Part shown: positions 23,446-28,425 of the stretch, in pieces | Numbering within the stretch: position 1 is the first letter of the stretch | Layout of the letters: each line of letters begins with the position of its first letter | Origin: Perkinsus olseni | Taxonomy: Eukaryota | NCBI GenBank assembly: GCA_013115125.1 | Contig: JABANN010000059.1 | Coordinates: 62,001 to 90,425 of the forward strand | Length of the DNA stretch: 28,425 bases | Direction: 5' to 3' | Notes under the pieces: generated by a model | Databases searched by the model: none | Seen by the model: only the letters and a program-made list of their open reading frames with translations | What the model was told of the DNA's origin: nothing | Translations under genes and position numbers: made by a program

Positions 23446-26109
23446 ATGAGGGCCCCACGGATTCACAAGGCGCTATCGATATCATCACTATTCTCACCGA
23501 CGGCGCTGAGCATTCCTAACCTCAGCGACAACAGAGGTGTGGTATTGCTCTTGGGAGGAGTCAACATGCGTATATCCAGCGCTCAGGCGCACCGTCTGAT
23601 GCCACACAGGCTCGCATGCTAGCCGCCGAGCGCACTTTGTGTCCCTACAGCACTGGTAGTCAGAAGTTCGGATACATACAAGTTAGCCCACTCAACAAGT
23701 AGATCCCACTCAAATCATCGCAGTTTGGATGCTGACAGCATCATGCTGTCAGTGAGCAGGTACTTTTATGCTGCTATCAAAGCAGACAAGAATCCAGGGA
23801 CCGCATCGACCTTCATGTATTTCGAAGGTGGCCCTGGCGGCAGCAGTCTTACTGCAGCACTTCGGGAGAACGGACCATGCGTAAGAGATTTCGACACCCG
23901 ACGTTTGAGACTTAATCTGTGAGTTCCTGTATAGTATTGCTAGAGAGCTGATGGGAGTGTGTCGAAAGTTACTCATGGACGGGCCAAGCCAACGGTGTGT
24001 GGTTCGACGCGCCGGCACCGACAGGCTTCAGTGTGGGGCCAGTCGCTCGGAGTCTGGAGGACTACACACCCGATATGTGAGCTACGAGAACGCGAGCTAG
24101 TATACTTTATCGGCTTCGCGTGTTGCAGGGTCGATGTTGTCACCAAGTTCACTCAGCAGAATCCAACCTTCAATCGGAACGTGCACCTCGTCGGTACTTC
24201 ATCCTCAGGTTTGATCAAAGCCGTTGTAGTCGTAACATCACTTGGTCATTTTCAGCCGCCTTCGTGGCGATGCTTGCAGCCCGACTCGCCGAGAAGCCTC
24301 AACCCCAGGTTCCTCTCGTAGGTGTGATGCTGATGTCTGGTGTGGTGTCACCGATTGACATGTGAGTATTCTATATCGTCGTCATTATCATGTGAGCATC
24401 GATTGGAATGTTTCTTTATGCATCGAACACTCCGTGGCACGGTCAGCAACGCCCGATGTCTTCTGTCAAGGTCAATCTTCGGTCCAAAAAAATAAAGAGC
24501 AGGATTAAATCAGCATCAATCGATTCAATCGATTCGACTGTTCAGTTACCGTGGAGCTGTGCACATGGCCGATGTCCGGAACTTGCTCCCTAAAGAGGAG
24601 TTGAGCTTCACAGGATCGTTCTTCGGTTAAACTACCAGCGTGTTTCAGGATTACGAAAATGACTGCAGAGCTTAAACAATGTGAAACGCAGATTGGACAG
24701 TGCAACTCGAATGGTCCAGGAAAATCTCCAATTTCGGGTAGGCCGACCTCATGAATAATCGCTCTGTCTGCCGGCATATGATCGACTTTTTTACTTCAGC
24801 CCTCTGCAAACAAGCCGCGGGAACTTGCGATACTGCGACGCTCGACCCGTTGATGAAGAAGAGCATAAGCTAGTGAGCGATCTCGCGATTAGATGCGTCG
24901 ATAATCTCTAAAGACATTTTTGTCAATGAGAATTGAGAGATGTTGTGCGAAACTCACACAGCTCGGAAGGTCTACAAATGCCCGATCTGATGCTTCGGGT
25001 CCAGCTCCGGTATTGAAGGTGTGGATATTTTCTGACCGGACTGTATCAGTTACGACGTCCGTGTTCCAAGCGGCCAAGAGGAGACAAAGTATGTCCTTAA
25101 GTCTTGGACAGTAAGCTGTGGCACTGAATAGAACTTGTATCAGAACATTCGTACTAAATATTTGCTTCTTGTCTCGTTCCGCTCCTCGCGTTGAGCACTC
25201 TCTTGCCGGCGCGACGAATTCGACTACAGTGCTCTCCTGTCTTGTTAGATTGACACGTTCCTCAACGACCAGGAAACCCAGAAGGAGCTGGGCGTCTCGA
25301 AAAAGTGGGAAGCTTCTAACAACGAGGTTATTGTTGTGGGAAAGATCCCAAGTTGAACGTTGTCTCCTTTTTTGTGAGGTCTTTGACGCCTACAACAAAT
25401 ACGCGGCCTACGATACGACTTATTTCGTGGCCAGCCTCCTTGACAAGGGATTGAAGGTAAACAAAGAGGAATCATCCACTCAACAATGGTTCCATTCCAA
25501 TGGGGCTGGCAGGATTCACGACTCAATATTAAAACGCTTTTCAGAAAAGCCATAACAACCAGAAAAGCCTTTTCTGATTTATATATGGCGCATAACTTTG
25601 ATACTGCCGCTGTATCCGCTTATCCGTCCCTTAGCCGCTTAGAATAGGTACTAGTCATGAACGGGGACCAGGATTACGTATGCAATTTTGGTGGTACCGA
25701 GACTTGGGTGCTCAACTTGAAGGGAGCCGACAAGTACGGCGAGAAGTTGCGGGGCGTCCCCGCTGTTCCCGTCAAGGTAAGATTCGGCCCCAACGATTGT
25801 GATTAGCAATCCCTGTCTCAGTATGGAGGAGTCGAACTCGGAATGATGAGAGCTCTCGTGTACTCAAATCAAGCACGACTCGCCTTAATCGAGGTATGTT
25901 ACTTTGTCTGTCTAGTTGCGATACACTACGCCAGCAACACGGGGTAGCCAATGGCTACTAGCCGTTGTCGGTAGTACCGACTCGGTACCATCCTGTCCGC
26001 TTGTGTTCAGGTAACAAATGCCGGTCACATTATTCCGCTATACAAGCCTCGTGAGTTGCAACAAGGATTTTATGCCTACCTTTCTGGCGACCTGTGGGAG
26101 AGCGACTGA
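23446..26109 (+). CDS. S10 serine carboxypeptidase-like protein, copy 3 (type A); apparently intact, multi-exon
   Basis: The exons I traced join with GT-AG in phase: MRAPRIHKALSISSLFSPTALS..., QKFGYIQV, YFEGGPGGSSLTAALRENGPC, YSWTGQANGVWFDAPAPTGFS, HLVGTSSSAAFV (Ser), VMNGDQDYVCN (Asp), TNAGHIIPLYKP (His), stop at 26107-26109. Confidence 0.85.
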
Positions 26110-27448
26110 GCCTCCTCTGTCCTTAGAGTGTCCGATAGGGACTCAGAATTGCCCTCAGCAGTAACAACTTCCGAGAGTCCATTGAGTTCATTTAGTCTTT
26201 AGAGCCTGGGGGAGTCAATTACTCGAGTATATGAGCGTAGTTCGCCTATCTGATACATCCCATTATTTTATTCTCTTCAAAACTATTCGTTTCCATCGCG
26301 ATTACTTCGAGTTTGATTCAAGCTCTGTTGTTGTGTTCACAACGTGGCTCGGAAAAGCTCCCTCGGAGAGAGGTTCTTTGTGCTAATCGCGTGACAAATA
26401 TACGTATTATGAGCATAATTATTGTATGGCTGCCTACCGAGACGCGGCGTCTCGACGCAGCATGAGTACAGACTGTACTTTTTGCATTGTCCACACTGTA
26501 GCGTCTCAGGCGCTAGAAGAGCAAGCGCCGCGGAGCCTGAGGCGCTAACAGAGACAAGCGACAATTTGAGGTCAGTGAACGACCACGGCTGATCGACGAG
26601 AATGGAAATCGTGGAGTGAGGACGCTCTTACCGCACAATGAAGAGACGTTGATTTGTGATGAGCCATCGTCCGCACGAATGACACTAGTGCAGATACACG
26701 CCTCGATGGCTGAACCTCAGTCACGCTTCTTAGATGCGTTGGGAGTGAGAAGCGATAAGAGCTCCAACCTCCTTCAGCGTGCGTCATTGGGCGCTTGAGA
26801 GCGCGTACCAATCATCAGCGCGTATGATGACACAAGCTTCCGACGGAAGCCTTCCGTTGTGTCTCTCATTATGAGAGTCTCATACTCAAGCGATATTGTA
26901 CTCATAAGACTTTCGCGCCTTCCCAGCCCAATCGCAGGGATTGAACCCCTTGTTGTGGACGTAGGACCAGGGTGGAGCAGGACGGGGGACATGCTAGCTG
27001 GACCGCAACAACCCCACCGAAGAAACCCATATTTCTCTGTGGCAACACGACTGAGAATTTGCTGAGCTCACTAAGCTGAGCTTAGTGAGCTGAGCTTAGG
27101 GTAACACGTATAGTATACGTCGTATACTCAAGCAGGCGTGCAATTGCAATGCAAGTGACTGCAAAGTGCCAGATGGCTCTCTCAGACCTATGGTGCGATG
27201 TGCAGCGATGGTGAGTGATCATACTACTGTAGTACTGAGCCAGTCTGTAGCTATTATATAACGTCGCACTACTTTGTCGAGCCTGTTGTTGACAGGCTGC
27301 TACCTTAGAGTGGTTCTCGTGTCACACCGATGCAGTGTACTTGCGTGTCTCCTGCGCAGCGCACGCTACAAGGTGAGCCACGGGTTCAAAATAAGCGAAG
27401 TTATCCCTTGCGAAACTTCATCAGGATATATTCGGGATCTTCTCCATA

Positions 27449-28190
27449 ATGACAGTTCCAGCGATTCGCGAAGCGATCAAGCTATGGATATTACTATTAT
27501 TCGCACCAACGGCGCTGAGCATTTCGAATCTCAGCGACAGCAGAGGTGTGCTCTTTCTCTCGGGAGTTAGTCAACACACCTTCAGAAATCGCTCCGGTGC
27601 ACTGTCAGATTCCACACAAACCCGCATGCTAACCGGCAAGCGCGAGTTGTGTCCCGATGGCTCTGGCAGTCAGAAGTTTGGATACATACGAGCCAGCCCA
27701 ATCACCAAGTAGACCCCAGTCACATCATCGCTGGCCGGATGCCGCTCGTGGGCAGGTTCTTTTATGCTGCTATTAAAGCAGACAAGGATCCAGCTACCGC
27801 GCCGACCTTTGTATACTTCGAGGGTGGACCCGGCGGCAGCAGCGTTGCCGCGCCACTACAACTGAATGGACCATGCATACGAGATTTCGTCGCTCGACGT
27901 CTGAGACTCAATCTGTGAGCCCCTGTATGGCATTTCTGGATATGTGAGCTTTGAGCGCGCCAGCTGATATACTTCGATCAAAGACTTGCAGGATTGATGT
28001 TATTACCAAGTTCACTCAGGAGAATCTCTCCTTCAATCGAAACGTGCACCTCGTCGGCAATTCATACTCAGGTGTGTTCAAAGGCGTTGTAGCCGCGGGA
28101 TTGTCTGGCCATTCTCAGCTTCCTTCGTGGCGATGCTTGCAGCTCGACTCGGCGAGTCGGACTCGCCGCGAAGCCTCAACCCCAGGTTCA
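27449..28190 (+). pseudogene. S10 carboxypeptidase-like copy 4 (type B), disrupted
   Basis: Signal-peptide-like N-terminus, FFYAAIKADKDPATAPTFVYFEGGPGGSS and HLVGNSYS. The YSWT...DAP..TGFS exon is deleted (about 27935), there is a +14 frameshift at 28152-28165, and homology is lost after about 28190. Confidence 0.85.
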
Positions 28191-28425
28191 TGTCGTGTGT
28201 TTCTTTTCGAAGGATGTCGGACTGCACCTGTTGGGACTCCCAACTTGGGAGCCTTTTTGGGTTTCCATGTCAATGTTCTCAATGTCGCGAGAAGATGCAC
28301 TCATTCCACTAGATTAACACAACCAGTCGATAATACCAATTAATACTAATGGATGAAGCCGCCTGTGCACAGGAGATTGGGAGAGAGAGGCAATCGGGAT
28401 AGCAGTAATGCGTAGATATTCACAT

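Noticed and set aside
24511-24540. atcaatcgattcaatcgattcga and similar microduplications (18889-18902, 25541-25578)
   Set aside because: They do not fit the 7+8+7 rule cleanly, so they were not counted as scars.
14100-28200. Short palindromic repeats as a CRISPR array, terminators or REP-like elements
   Set aside because: Each has a different sequence derived from its own flank, spacing is irregular and the context is eukaryotic.

Overview
Eukaryotic, intron-rich (GT-AG, mostly short introns) genomic DNA. The gene style suggests an alveolate protist such as Perkinsus, but that is inference only. The left half (1-11.8 kb) is gene-dense. It holds an 8-exon OTU1/YOD1-type deubiquitinase, a long spliced alpha-helical-repeat protein gene, 40S ribosomal protein S4 (minus strand) with a clear box C/D snoRNA in intron 3 and a structured intron 2, and a 72-aa protein with a C-terminal TM helix. 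The right half (12-28.4 kb) holds tRNA-Ala(AGC) and a tandem A-B-A-B array of four divergent S10 serine carboxypeptidase-like genes; one looks intact and three are disrupted. The most striking signal is a stereotyped 22-bp scar found at 16 sites (17 events) in the right half. For an 8-bp site N it reads N1-7 + revcomp(N) + N2-8, a net +14 bp, and paralogs show the empty site in several cases. This is the product predicted when a hAT-type transposon excises through flanking hairpins that are rejoined by microhomology. A candidate hAT-like MITE and many palindromes with a 1-nt centre lie in the same region.
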